64,000 bases of DNA from IMG/VR virus record IMGVR_UViG_3300047550_003635. One strand, given 5' to 3'. Shown here in pieces: positions 52,278-62,258 of the stretch. The notes under the pieces are model-generated. The model searched no databases, was not told where the DNA came from, and was given only the letters and a program-made list of their open reading frames with translations. The first letter of the stretch is position 1, and every line of letters begins with the position of its first letter. The DNA comes from a virus. Both the position numbers and the translations under genes were made by a program.

Positions 52278-52940
52278 ATGGCAGAATTTTTCAATTATTA
52301 TCCTTCCGTATATTACTCAGGTAATACGAGTGTTAATGGATTAGATACAGTAACGAATATTATTGCAAGATTTGGTTTTGAACAAAAATTTAAAAATAAT
52401 TCTCTTGTGTTTTACCCATATCAAATAAGAGAAGGTGATACACCAGAAATTATTGCTTATAAATTTTATGGTGACGTTGAAAGACATTGGATTGTTTTAA
52501 TGTTTAATGACATTATTGACCCACAATACGAATGGCCTTTAAGTTACAATAGTTTCATTGATTATGTCGATAAAAAATATTCAGCAAATGGTGCAGCAAA
52601 TACAACAGTCCAAACTGGGTTAGCATGGGCGATGAGTGTCAATAATACACATTCATATTACAAAATTATTAAAACATCTGTTGCTGATGGTTCTTCTACA
52701 GGTTCAATAACGACTGAAAAAATTGAAGTTGATGCAAATACATATGCAAACGTTGCGAGTTCATCAAATACATATACATTACAAGACGGTAATGTAATTA
52801 CAGTAACAACATCAAAAGAGAAAAAAACATATTATGATTATGAAGTTGAAACGAATGAAGAAAAAAGAGAAATTAATTTACTTAAACCTGAATTTGTTAC
52901 GCAAGTCGAAGAAGAATTTAAAAGAGTAATTTCTCTATGA
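52278..52940 (+). CDS. 53: Baseplate wedge protein gp53
   Basis: GDTPEIIA.K.YG...HWIVLMFN..DP.YEWP; NEEKR.I.LLKPE. Confidence 0.85.
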   Translation: MAEFFNYYPSVYYSGNTSVNGLDTVTNIIARFGFEQKFKNNSLVFYPYQIREGDTPEIIAYKFYGDVERHWIVLMFNDIIDPQYEWPLSYNSFIDYVDKKYSANGAANTTVQTGLAWAMSVNNTHSYYKIIKTSVADGSSTGSITTEKIEVDANTYANVASSSNTYTLQDGNVITVTTSKEKKTYYDYEVETNEEKREINLLKPEFVTQVEEEFKRVISL

Positions 52941-54268
52941 ACTTTTTCAGAAAAGCTACTGATTTTAAAATTATAGAATTATCTATAGTTACTAAATCTG
53001 GTAAAATTGACATAACAAACTTATTCATTGAGTTGAATATATTTGATTCGATGCTTGTTCCTGTTATGTCTGGAAATTTGTTAATATCAGATTCTATAGG
53101 ACTTGCAAATAAATTAATGTTTGATGGTTCAGAATCAATTTTAATTGAGATATCAAAGAGTGCAAAATTTCCTGTTGCTAGATTCAAAAAAGCATTTAGA
53201 ATTTATAAACAATCTGACAGAAAAAATACAAATCTTACCAACGAACAATATATTTTACATTTTGTTTCTGATGAATTAATGTTTTCAGACCAACAAAAAA
53301 TAAATCAATCTTTTGAAGGCACATACTCATCTATAGTAAAAAGAATACTTGAGAACTATTTAAAAATACCAAAAAATAATTATAAGGGTCTTTATGAGAA
53401 TACAAAAGGTATTAAAAAAATTGTAATACCTAATTTAAGACCTATTGATGCCATTCAATGGTGCACAAAAAGGTCAATCGATATACAAAATTCACCTAAC
53501 TTTTTATTTTTTCAAAATGTTATAGGTTATAATTTTGCATCACTATCGACATTATTGACACAAGAGCAAGTTCTCGACATTATTTTTGATTTAAAAAATC
53601 AAAAAGATGCTGACCCCATAGACGAAATGAAAATGGCAAGAGCGATGCAAATGGTAGAACAAGTGGATGAAAATCAGAGAATTCGTGATGGTGTAAATGC
53701 TGGTAAATTTATAGGGTTTGACCCAATGACGGGTGTGATAGCCAATAAGAATATAAGTTACGGCGATGTCTTTGCAGATATGAAACATGGAAATAAAAAC
53801 CCAAATGTTTCTGTAATAGAGAATCGAGATGGAGTTACAAATATTCAAGCATTCGATTCGAAAAAAATGATGAATGTATTTGGTGCCGCAAAACAATTAA
53901 GTAATTATATTAAAAATAATGACCCCACATCATTATCAAAAGAAGAAAATTATGAATCATTTATGTTTCAGAGAGCATCACTGATAGGTAATTTAATGTC
54001 GAGAAGATTGAAACTTCTAATGCCTGGTAATTTCCAGCTAAGTTCAGGTTTCAATGTTTATATAAATGCACCAAGTTTTTCAAAACACAACAAAGGTATA
54101 AATTCAAAAGATGAAACTTTGTCGGGTAAATATATTATTTTAGCATCAAGACATGTTATAGGTTTTGACAAACACGAAACAGCTATTGAAGTAGCAACAA
54201 CTTCTACACAAAACCCATTTATTCCAGCAAGCAGTTTGGAAGAAACCAGACTAATGTTAGATTATTAA
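52937..54268 (+). CDS. Baseplate hub protein (gp27-like)
   Basis: Position between genes 53 and 5; IPNLRP, SGKYII. Confidence 0.65.
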   Translation: MNFFRKATDFKIIELSIVTKSGKIDITNLFIELNIFDSMLVPVMSGNLLISDSIGLANKLMFDGSESILIEISKSAKFPVARFKKAFRIYKQSDRKNTNLTNEQYILHFVSDELMFSDQQKINQSFEGTYSSIVKRILENYLKIPKNNYKGLYENTKGIKKIVIPNLRPIDAIQWCTKRSIDIQNSPNFLFFQNVIGYNFASLSTLLTQEQVLDIIFDLKNQKDADPIDEMKMARAMQMVEQVDENQRIRDGVNAGKFIGFDPMTGVIANKNISYGDVFADMKHGNKNPNVSVIENRDGVTNIQAFDSKKMMNVFGAAKQLSNYIKNNDPTSLSKEENYESFMFQRASLIGNLMSRRLKLLMPGNFQLSSGFNVYINAPSFSKHNKGINSKDETLSGKYIILASRHVIGFDKHETAIEVATTSTQNPFIPASSLEETRLMLDY

Positions 54269-54269
54269 T

Positions 54270-55106
54270 ATGTCAGATAAAGAACAAAAATTTGCTGGTA
54301 AAGATGGTTTTGTATGGTGGACTGGTGTTGTTGAGAGTCGTCAAGACCCTCTAAAAATGGGTCGTTGCAGAGTTCGTTGTGTTGGATGGGATTCTGATAA
54401 CAAAATGCAAGCACCGACAGAATCATTACCATGGGCTATGCCTTTATTACCTATTAATAATCCAAATCCATATGCGATTAAAGAGGGTGATATGGTTATG
54501 GGTTTCTTCATGGACGGAGAAAATGCTCAAGAACGTGTGATTATGGGTATATTTCCAAAAATACCTTTGAGAAAAGCTAATAATCAACAACCATATAATG
54601 ACCCGAGAAATGAAACAGAACTATCTGCTGCACCAGTAAAACCAAACGAAACTGCAACTGGATACCCAAGACGTTTAGATGAACCAACAACTTCACGTTT
54701 AGCCCGAAATGAGAGTATCGATGATTCTATCGTTTCGATGAAAAAAGCTAAAAAAGCAAGCAAAGTTGAACCAGACCCATACTATAACGCAAAGTATCCA
54801 TATAATAATGTATATGAATCAGAATCTGGTCATGCGATGGAATTTGATGATACGAAAGATAATGAAAGAGTTCATTTGTATCATAGGTCTGGTTCTTATA
54901 TAGAATGGGGTCCTGCTGGTGATAGAGCAGAAAGAATTCAAAAAGACAAATTTACTGTTGTTGTTGGTAATGAAAAAGTCTATGTAAAGGGTGATGTGAC
55001 TGTTTATGTTGATGGAAATGTGAATATGCAAGTTGGAGGAACATATACAGTTCAATCAGGTGGAACGATGACATTTATTGCGCCTAAAATAGATTTGAAT
55101 CCATAA
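54270..55106 (+). CDS. 5: Baseplate spike gp5 (OB-fold and short beta-helix, no lysozyme)
   Basis: GVVE.R.DPLKMGRCRVR, LPWA, YPYN...ESGH..EFDDT. Confidence 0.85.
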   Translation: MSDKEQKFAGKDGFVWWTGVVESRQDPLKMGRCRVRCVGWDSDNKMQAPTESLPWAMPLLPINNPNPYAIKEGDMVMGFFMDGENAQERVIMGIFPKIPLRKANNQQPYNDPRNETELSAAPVKPNETATGYPRRLDEPTTSRLARNESIDDSIVSMKKAKKASKVEPDPYYNAKYPYNNVYESESGHAMEFDDTKDNERVHLYHRSGSYIEWGPAGDRAERIQKDKFTVVVGNEKVYVKGDVTVYVDGNVNMQVGGTYTVQSGGTMTFIAPKIDLNP

Positions 55107-55399
55107 TGGCACAGATACATAGAAATACAGATTCTAGAATTTGTGGTGCATCAACAGTTGTTGTTGGTCAATCAACAGTATTTGCAAATAGTCTTTTAGT
55201 TGCAGTTAATGGTGACCCAAATACTCATAGTGGTGGTAATTTAATAGCTGCATGTAAGAACGTTTTTATCAATCAAAAAATGGTTGTAAATCATAGTCCA
55301 GATAATGCTGAACCTGATGGTCTTTGTCCTATACCTGGTGGTCCACATTGTGCGCCAGCAACTGCAAGTGGTTCACCTAACGTCTATGTTGGAGATTAA
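55106..55399 (+). CDS. 5.4: PAAR-like spike tip (gp5.4)
   Basis: Cys/His-rich, GSPNVYVG end. Confidence 0.8.
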   Translation: MAQIHRNTDSRICGASTVVVGQSTVFANSLLVAVNGDPNTHSGGNLIAACKNVFINQKMVVNHSPDNAEPDGLCPIPGGPHCAPATASGSPNVYVGD

Positions 55400-55412
55400 G
55401 AATAAATAGAAC

Positions 55413-55817
55413 ATGGCTACCGTAAATATTAAAACAACAAGAATTTTTTCTGATTTGGACTTAAATTTTAAAGTTCATCCAGTAAAAAAAGATATCAATA
55501 AATTTAAAAATGAATATGCTATAACCAATTCAGTGAAAAATTTGGTTCTGACAAATCACTATGAAAGACCTTTTAATCCTGTTTTGGGAAGTAATGTAAA
55601 ACGACTTTTGTTTGAAAATGTCGATGATATTAATGGAGCACAAATTGAACGTGAGATATCAGAGACTATAGATAATTTTGAACCCAGAGTAAGTGTATCA
55701 AAAGTGATAGCTACTCCTGCACCCGATGAAAATGGATATAGAGTTACTTTAGAATTTTATATTGTGAATTTACCAAACCCAATAACAATAAACTTTTTCT
55801 TAGAACGAATTAGATAA
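55413..55817 (+). CDS. 25: Baseplate wedge gp25
   Basis: SVKNLVLT..YERPF.P.LGS, FEPRV. Confidence 0.9.
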   Translation: MATVNIKTTRIFSDLDLNFKVHPVKKDINKFKNEYAITNSVKNLVLTNHYERPFNPVLGSNVKRLLFENVDDINGAQIEREISETIDNFEPRVSVSKVIATPAPDENGYRVTLEFYIVNLPNPITINFFLERIR

Positions 55818-55818
55818 A

Positions 55819-57876
55819 ATGGCTGACCGTTTACGCATAACAGAACTTGATTTCGATACAATCAAGCAAAATTTAAAAACTTTTTTAAATCAACAATCTG
55901 AATTTACAGATTATGATTTTGAAGGTTCTGGACTTTCTGTCCTTTTAGATATACTAGCTTATAATACACATTATAACGCTTATTATTTGAACATGGTTGC
56001 AAATGAATCTTTCTTAGATACTGCAATATTAAGAGATTCTGTAGTATCTCATGCGAAAACATTAGGTTATTTACCTTATTCAATGACATGTCCTGTTGCT
56101 ACAATTAATTTTACTGCCAACTCATCATCGAATACAGCAGATACATTGACACTTCCTGCTGGTTACATTTTCATGTCAAATTTAATAGATGGTAAATCTT
56201 ATAATTTTGTAGTTTTGGAAGATACAATCGCAACAAAATCAAATACTTCTTTCTATTTTGAAAATCTTGAGATATATGAGGGTAATTATACCACTTATAA
56301 TTATAGTTATAATGCAGCGACAAATCCAAAACAGGTTTTCTCATTACCAGATGCAAATATAGATATACAAACATTAAAGGTGTCTGTCAAACCATCATCA
56401 TCAAGCACATCAATAAATTCATATCAAAGAGTTACTGAAATTCTTGATATTACATCAACATCAAAAGCATTTTTCATACAAGAAAATAAAGCAGGATTTT
56501 ATCAGATATATTTTGGTAATGATTCTGTTGGTGCAAGTTTACCTGATGGTGCGGTTGTTATAGTTTCATATGTCATAACAAGTGGTGATAATGCGAATAA
56601 AGCTAACAATTTTATAGCGGGTTCAAGTGTGACTACAGATGGATTGGAATCTATAAATGAATTTATAATTAGTCCAGTTTCAGCAGCAGCAGGTGGTTCA
56701 GATAGGGAATCTGTCGATAATATTAAATTCTCAGCAGCAGCGCAATTTTCAACACAAAATAGATTGGTCACATTTAAAGACTATGAATCATATTTACTAA
56801 AGAGTTATCCAAGTATTGATTCACTATCTGTATGGGGCGGTGAAGATGAAACAATACCTGTTTATGGTAAAGTTTTCATTTCATTAAAACCTAAAACAGG
56901 TTATTATATTTCCGAAACAGAAAAGCAAAGAATTATTGATGAAATAATTAAACCTAAAGCTATTGTTACAACAACACCTGAAATACGTGACCCTGAATTT
57001 CTTTATCTTGTTGTTGAGAATTATGTTGAATATGACCCAACAAAAACTTCATTAAGTTCGGATGCATTAAAAACAGCAATTAAAAATGCCGTAATTTCTT
57101 ATAATACAACATATCTGAATAAATTTGCTTCATCTTTTGTTCTATCAAAATTACAAGATGCAATTGATTCTATTGATACTAATGCGATTAAGGGTTCTGA
57201 AGTAATTTTAAGATTGCAGAAAAGATTTGAACCTCAAATCGGAATATCAGCAAACTATACAATCGATTTTGCAGCACCATTGCATCGCGGAACTACAACA
57301 AATAAATTACAATCAACTGAATTTTCGGCATATGATATTCTAGGTGTTTTAAGAAAAGTTCAAATAGAAGAAACACCCGAATCGTTTACAGGTATTTCAT
57401 CTATATCAGTATTAAATCCTGGAACAGGTTATTTGACTACACCAACAGTCACTATCACTGGAGATGGCACTGGTGCAACAGCCGAAGCAGTAATAGTCAA
57501 TGGTAAAATACAAAGTATTAATGTTCTAAATCGCGGAATTAACTATACACGCGCTGTCGTTACTATTTCTGGTGGTAGTGGTAATGGTGCAACTGGATTA
57601 GCTATTTTGGATGGCAGACAGGGAACTCTACGTTTAGTTTATTTTGATGATAACGCACAAAGACAGATTATAAACGATAATATTGGTTCGATAAATTATG
57701 ATAGTGGTGTAGTTCAGCTTAATGATTTAAGAGTTATTTCAGCAGATACTTCTGATTCATTGTTAAGACTTACAATAGAATCGCAAAGAGGTATTGTTGA
57801 TTCATTTAGAAATACAATAATTTCCATCGATGTGGAAGACCCAACAGCAATTTCAACTGAATTAGTTAAGATTTAA
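55819..57876 (+). CDS. 6: Baseplate wedge gp6
   Basis: LDFD.IK, FTDYDFEGSG, LAYNTHYNA, QNRLVT..DY, WGGE. Confidence 0.92.
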   Translation: MADRLRITELDFDTIKQNLKTFLNQQSEFTDYDFEGSGLSVLLDILAYNTHYNAYYLNMVANESFLDTAILRDSVVSHAKTLGYLPYSMTCPVATINFTANSSSNTADTLTLPAGYIFMSNLIDGKSYNFVVLEDTIATKSNTSFYFENLEIYEGNYTTYNYSYNAATNPKQVFSLPDANIDIQTLKVSVKPSSSSTSINSYQRVTEILDITSTSKAFFIQENKAGFYQIYFGNDSVGASLPDGAVVIVSYVITSGDNANKANNFIAGSSVTTDGLESINEFIISPVSAAAGGSDRESVDNIKFSAAAQFSTQNRLVTFKDYESYLLKSYPSIDSLSVWGGEDETIPVYGKVFISLKPKTGYYISETEKQRIIDEIIKPKAIVTTTPEIRDPEFLYLVVENYVEYDPTKTSLSSDALKTAIKNAVISYNTTYLNKFASSFVLSKLQDAIDSIDTNAIKGSEVILRLQKRFEPQIGISANYTIDFAAPLHRGTTTNKLQSTEFSAYDILGVLRKVQIEETPESFTGISSISVLNPGTGYLTTPTVTITGDGTGATAEAVIVNGKIQSINVLNRGINYTRAVVTISGGSGNGATGLAILDGRQGTLRLVYFDDNAQRQIINDNIGSINYDSGVVQLNDLRVISADTSDSLLRLTIESQRGIVDSFRNTIISIDVEDPTAISTELVKI

Positions 57877-57878
57877 TA

Positions 57879-60665
57879 ATGGCTACAGATTTAAAAACTT
57901 CGATACTCATAAACAGACAACTTCCCGAATTCGTTCGTGAAGAATATCCTTTATTTCAAACATTTCTTGAAGCATATTATGAGTATTTGGAACAGAAACA
58001 AACTGGTGAAAAAAATGATTTAATAGCAGAAGCTAAAAATCTTCGTTATATTTCAGATGTTGATTATTCTATAGATGAGTTTGAACAACAATTTTTTAAT
58101 ACCTTTGCAAGTTTATTTCCAAAAGATGTTGCAGTTGATAAAGCATTTTTGATTAAACATGTGTTACCATTATATCTTTCAAAAGGTTCTGAAAAGTCGT
58201 TCAAACTTTTATTCAGAATGTTGTTTGGGCAAGAACTTGAAGTAAATTACCCCAAAAATAATGTATTAAGAGCATCGGATGGTAAATGGTTAGTTGAAAA
58301 TATTATTCGTATAACGACAGACATATATTCAGAATATCAAAGCGATGGCACGAATAAAGAATTTTATTTAATTGAAAAGCCAACACAAAATACTGATATA
58401 TCAATAGTATCAGTAGATTATTCAAAAATGGCTTTACATTTATTAGATGCTGCTGTTTCGATAGAGCCATATTTTTCATTATTAAACGAGTCGATTAATG
58501 GAAGAAAATTAGGTGATTTGAATAATAGTGGGTTAGTAACTTCTGCTGATGCTGGAATATACAATCAGTGGTATAATGGAGCAACTATATCAAATTCAAT
58601 TAAAGACTATATTGAGAATATATTTAATCCTACAATTCTTTCAAATAGAACAAAATATGCGTCTTTGTTGAATACGACATCAGTTTATTTAAGACCAGAA
58701 TCACAAAAAATTGCTTTTGATAGTGCTATACCAAATGGTGAAAAAGTTTTAGTTTATTATAACAATCTAAATTATAATATTTTCTCAAATCGTAAAATAA
58801 ATGGCGTTACATCGGGTGCAACAGCAATCGTTGAAAAAACTTCATCAAGATATATCAATAATCAATTAGTTGTTGAATTTTATATTAATAATAAAACTCT
58901 TGATGGTGAATTTGATTTTGGTGAAAAATTAACAACAGATATTATTGGTCCTAACGATGAATTAATTGATGTTTCACTACAAACATATTCATCACTTAAA
59001 TCGATAACAGTTATTGATGGTGGTGCAAATTACAATGTAGGTGACCCAGTTCTTATAAGTTCACCTGAATCAGTAAGAACACCTTCAGCACTAATTTCAA
59101 AAGTTTTTAAAGGAACAGTATCAAAAATAAATGTAAATGACGGTGGTGCCGGATTTAATGTTGGTTCAAGTATAGTTGCTGTTGATTATTTACCCACACA
59201 ATTTTTATTTTCAGTAAGTTCTGTAGATAATACGGGTGCAAATACTGCAAATACTTTTACAATATATTCTGATATTATTAGTGATGTTGACCCAACAAAT
59301 ACAATATTGAGTGCAAGTGATTGGCATTTTACTGGAAATACTGGCGGTGGTTCAAATCTTTATAGTAATATATCAACAGTTTTATCAAATACATCATATG
59401 TTGGTATAGGTGAAATAGCGATTGTTAGTATCAATGTAGCAAATGCTGTAGTTGTTACATCTCCTGTATTAAATGCTGCGCCAGCTACAGTAAATATTGC
59501 ACCACTAACAGCAAATACAGCATCTTATACATTGATTAAAATTGATACATTTGGTTCTTTGGGTAAAATGGTGATACATGATGGTGGCACTGGTTATTCT
59601 GTTGGTGATGAATTAGTCTTTACAAATAAACCTATGTCATTGGGTATAGGTGCAGAGGGTGAAGTTTCTTCTGTAAATGCTACAGGTTCAATTACAAAAG
59701 TTGAATTTGTTCCACCAAAATTAACGGGAACAGCAAACATACAATCATCAAATGTTATGGTTGTTGGAACAGGTACCTTATTTACTACTGAATTAAAAGT
59801 TGGTAACAAAATAAAAATAGGAAATAATACAAGAACTGTTTCTGTCATAGCATCAGATACTTCACTAAATGTAAATACGCATTTTGGACAAACTGCAACA
59901 TCACAGAAAATACGTTTATGGAACAAGTATCTTCTTGGTGGACAAAACTATAGACAAGATAAATTACCGACAGTTTCAGTTTCAAATTTATCAGCTTCGG
60001 GTGCAAATATTTCTGTCACATCAATAATGGGCGATGGTGAAGATTTATCTGTTGTTTCAGGTAATAATAAACCAGGTGAAATACAAGAAATTATTATTAC
60101 TGATAATGGTGTTGGTTTGAAGTATGTTCCTGCTATCGATTTAACAAATAAAGGTGATGGAACTGCTACAGCATATGCGAATGTATTTGCAACATATGAA
60201 TCATTACCAGGTAGATGGACATCTTCAGACAGTATTATATCATCATCTGATAGAAAATTACAGGGAAGAAATTATTATGTTGATTATTCATATGTGACAA
60301 CAACATCAGAGGAATTTGCAAAATATAAGAGCATTTTCAAACAACTAATTCATCCAGCAGGTTATAGAGCATATGCCGAAATAACCAAATTAGATATTCC
60401 AAATTATGTTGAAAGTAATGTTCCATATTCGAATTCATCAGTTACCATTTCTGGCACAGCAAATGTTGTCAATAATAGCATCTATGTGACAGGAACAAAT
60501 ACCAAATTTAATGTTGCTAATACCGTAATTTTCAATATAGGTTCACAGATAGCAATTAACTCTGAAATTAGAGTAATAAGCAGTATTATAAGCAATACAA
60601 ATCTTGCTGTTACATCAGCATTTTCAATAACGACAAATAATGAAAGTATTGTTATTTTAAATTGA
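57879..60665 (+). CDS. 7: Baseplate wedge initiator gp7-like
   Basis: QLPEFVRE.YP.F..FLEAYYE, KG...SF..LFR, YY.DYSYV..HPAG. Confidence 0.8.
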   Translation: MATDLKTSILINRQLPEFVREEYPLFQTFLEAYYEYLEQKQTGEKNDLIAEAKNLRYISDVDYSIDEFEQQFFNTFASLFPKDVAVDKAFLIKHVLPLYLSKGSEKSFKLLFRMLFGQELEVNYPKNNVLRASDGKWLVENIIRITTDIYSEYQSDGTNKEFYLIEKPTQNTDISIVSVDYSKMALHLLDAAVSIEPYFSLLNESINGRKLGDLNNSGLVTSADAGIYNQWYNGATISNSIKDYIENIFNPTILSNRTKYASLLNTTSVYLRPESQKIAFDSAIPNGEKVLVYYNNLNYNIFSNRKINGVTSGATAIVEKTSSRYINNQLVVEFYINNKTLDGEFDFGEKLTTDIIGPNDELIDVSLQTYSSLKSITVIDGGANYNVGDPVLISSPESVRTPSALISKVFKGTVSKINVNDGGAGFNVGSSIVAVDYLPTQFLFSVSSVDNTGANTANTFTIYSDIISDVDPTNTILSASDWHFTGNTGGGSNLYSNISTVLSNTSYVGIGEIAIVSINVANAVVVTSPVLNAAPATVNIAPLTANTASYTLIKIDTFGSLGKMVIHDGGTGYSVGDELVFTNKPMSLGIGAEGEVSSVNATGSITKVEFVPPKLTGTANIQSSNVMVVGTGTLFTTELKVGNKIKIGNNTRTVSVIASDTSLNVNTHFGQTATSQKIRLWNKYLLGGQNYRQDKLPTVSVSNLSASGANISVTSIMGDGEDLSVVSGNNKPGEIQEIIITDNGVGLKYVPAIDLTNKGDGTATAYANVFATYESLPGRWTSSDSIISSSDRKLQGRNYYVDYSYVTTTSEEFAKYKSIFKQLIHPAGYRAYAEITKLDIPNYVESNVPYSNSSVTISGTANVVNNSIYVTGTNTKFNVANTVIFNIGSQIAINSEIRVISSIISNTNLAVTSAFSITTNNESIVILN

Positions 60666-60680
60666 GATAAATAGAAAACT

Positions 60681-62243
60681 ATGCCATCATATACATCTAA
60701 AAAAATATCTTATAATAATGCAGAGCAATTCAAGGAATCTTTCTTTGAACCAGAACCAGCTACTTTGGGATATGTTTTCATTGGAAATCATGTTCCTTAT
60801 GCCAATGAATCGTCACCCGATATCATTTCTGATACTGTTGCAGCAGAAAAACAAGTATGGAATAACATGTATGCTGCAAAAAAGATTACAGGAAATGATG
60901 TAGAATTAGTTGCAGCAAGAGTTGATTGGACAGGGAATACAAAATATCGTCAATTTGATGATACTATAACATTGGATACTCTACTATCGTCAAATACATC
61001 ACAGAATCTTAAACCGATGTATGTTATAACTACTGATAGAAATGTTTATTTGTGTCTATCAAACAATTCTTCAGCTAATTCAACAGTTCAACCAACAGGT
61101 CAAAATTTATCATCAAACGGGAATATTTCAACAAATGATGGTTATATTTGGAAATATTTGTATAATGTTCGCCCATCAAATAAGTTTTTATCAAATACAT
61201 GGATACCAGCACCATCATCACAGTCAAAGTTAGATTATAGCACATCGGATACTATACCTGTTGATGGTGAAATAACAACCGTAAATATTGATAATGCTGG
61301 TACTGGCTATTATCATACTTCAATAAATGTTAGTTCTTTTTCCACAAGTTGTTCTAATTTGACTATTTCAGATACAAGCTATTCTGCGTCAAATATTGCT
61401 GTAAATATGTCGATATCAGGAACAGGGATTGCAAACGGAACTTATGTTACAGCATTTGATGTTGTAAATAAGAAAATAACACTTTCAACAGAAACAATTG
61501 CATCTGGTGGTGGTAGTTCGAATAATATATCACTAAAAACCAGAGCATATTTTGATGGAGATGGTGATTCTGTTGTTGGAGATGTCACTCTATCATCAAA
61601 TACAATTGGAAAAGTAACAATAACAACCAATGGTAAAAATTATACCAGATGTAATGTTACTTTATATGGAACAGGAACTGGCGCAAATGCAAGAGTAATA
61701 TTACCACCTAAATTTGGACACGGTTTTAATCCAGCAAGAGATATTGGCGCATCAAATGTTATGATTGTTGAAAAAATTGGTGAAGTCGATTCAACAGAAG
61801 GTGGATTAATTTCTTCAAATACAACATATCGCCAATATGGTATTCTAATAAACCCAAATAAATATGGTGAGACAAGTTCTGATACAGTAGCAAATGCAAA
61901 TAGTGTTATATCACAGACAAGTAATGTATCATTATTGGGTGGTTCATCATATAATTTAGACGAGTTTGTTTATCAAGGCACTTCAGAATCAGCAGCATCA
62001 TTTAGTGGTTTTGTAAACAGACAGGGCACTAATAATGTAAATTTGACAAGAGTAAAAGGTTCAATATCAATTGGAGCGCCTTTAAAAGGTAATACAACAA
62101 ATCCAACAGGAAGAATTGTTGTGAGTAACGCAAACCCAGAACTTGAACCATATACTGGTGATATACTTTATGTTGAAAATATCACAAAAACTCAAAGAAC
62201 AGACGGTCAAGCAGAAAACTTAAAATTTGTTATCCGTTTTTAG
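60681..62243 (+). CDS. 8: Baseplate wedge gp8
   Basis: VYLCLSN, DGYIWKYLY, RQYGI, GDILYVEN; GATAAATA late promoter upstream. Confidence 0.85.
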   Translation: MPSYTSKKISYNNAEQFKESFFEPEPATLGYVFIGNHVPYANESSPDIISDTVAAEKQVWNNMYAAKKITGNDVELVAARVDWTGNTKYRQFDDTITLDTLLSSNTSQNLKPMYVITTDRNVYLCLSNNSSANSTVQPTGQNLSSNGNISTNDGYIWKYLYNVRPSNKFLSNTWIPAPSSQSKLDYSTSDTIPVDGEITTVNIDNAGTGYYHTSINVSSFSTSCSNLTISDTSYSASNIAVNMSISGTGIANGTYVTAFDVVNKKITLSTETIASGGGSSNNISLKTRAYFDGDGDSVVGDVTLSSNTIGKVTITTNGKNYTRCNVTLYGTGTGANARVILPPKFGHGFNPARDIGASNVMIVEKIGEVDSTEGGLISSNTTYRQYGILINPNKYGETSSDTVANANSVISQTSNVSLLGGSSYNLDEFVYQGTSESAASFSGFVNRQGTNNVNLTRVKGSISIGAPLKGNTTNPTGRIVVSNANPELEPYTGDILYVENITKTQRTDGQAENLKFVIRF

Positions 62244-62258
62244 GGAAAAGAAAATAAC

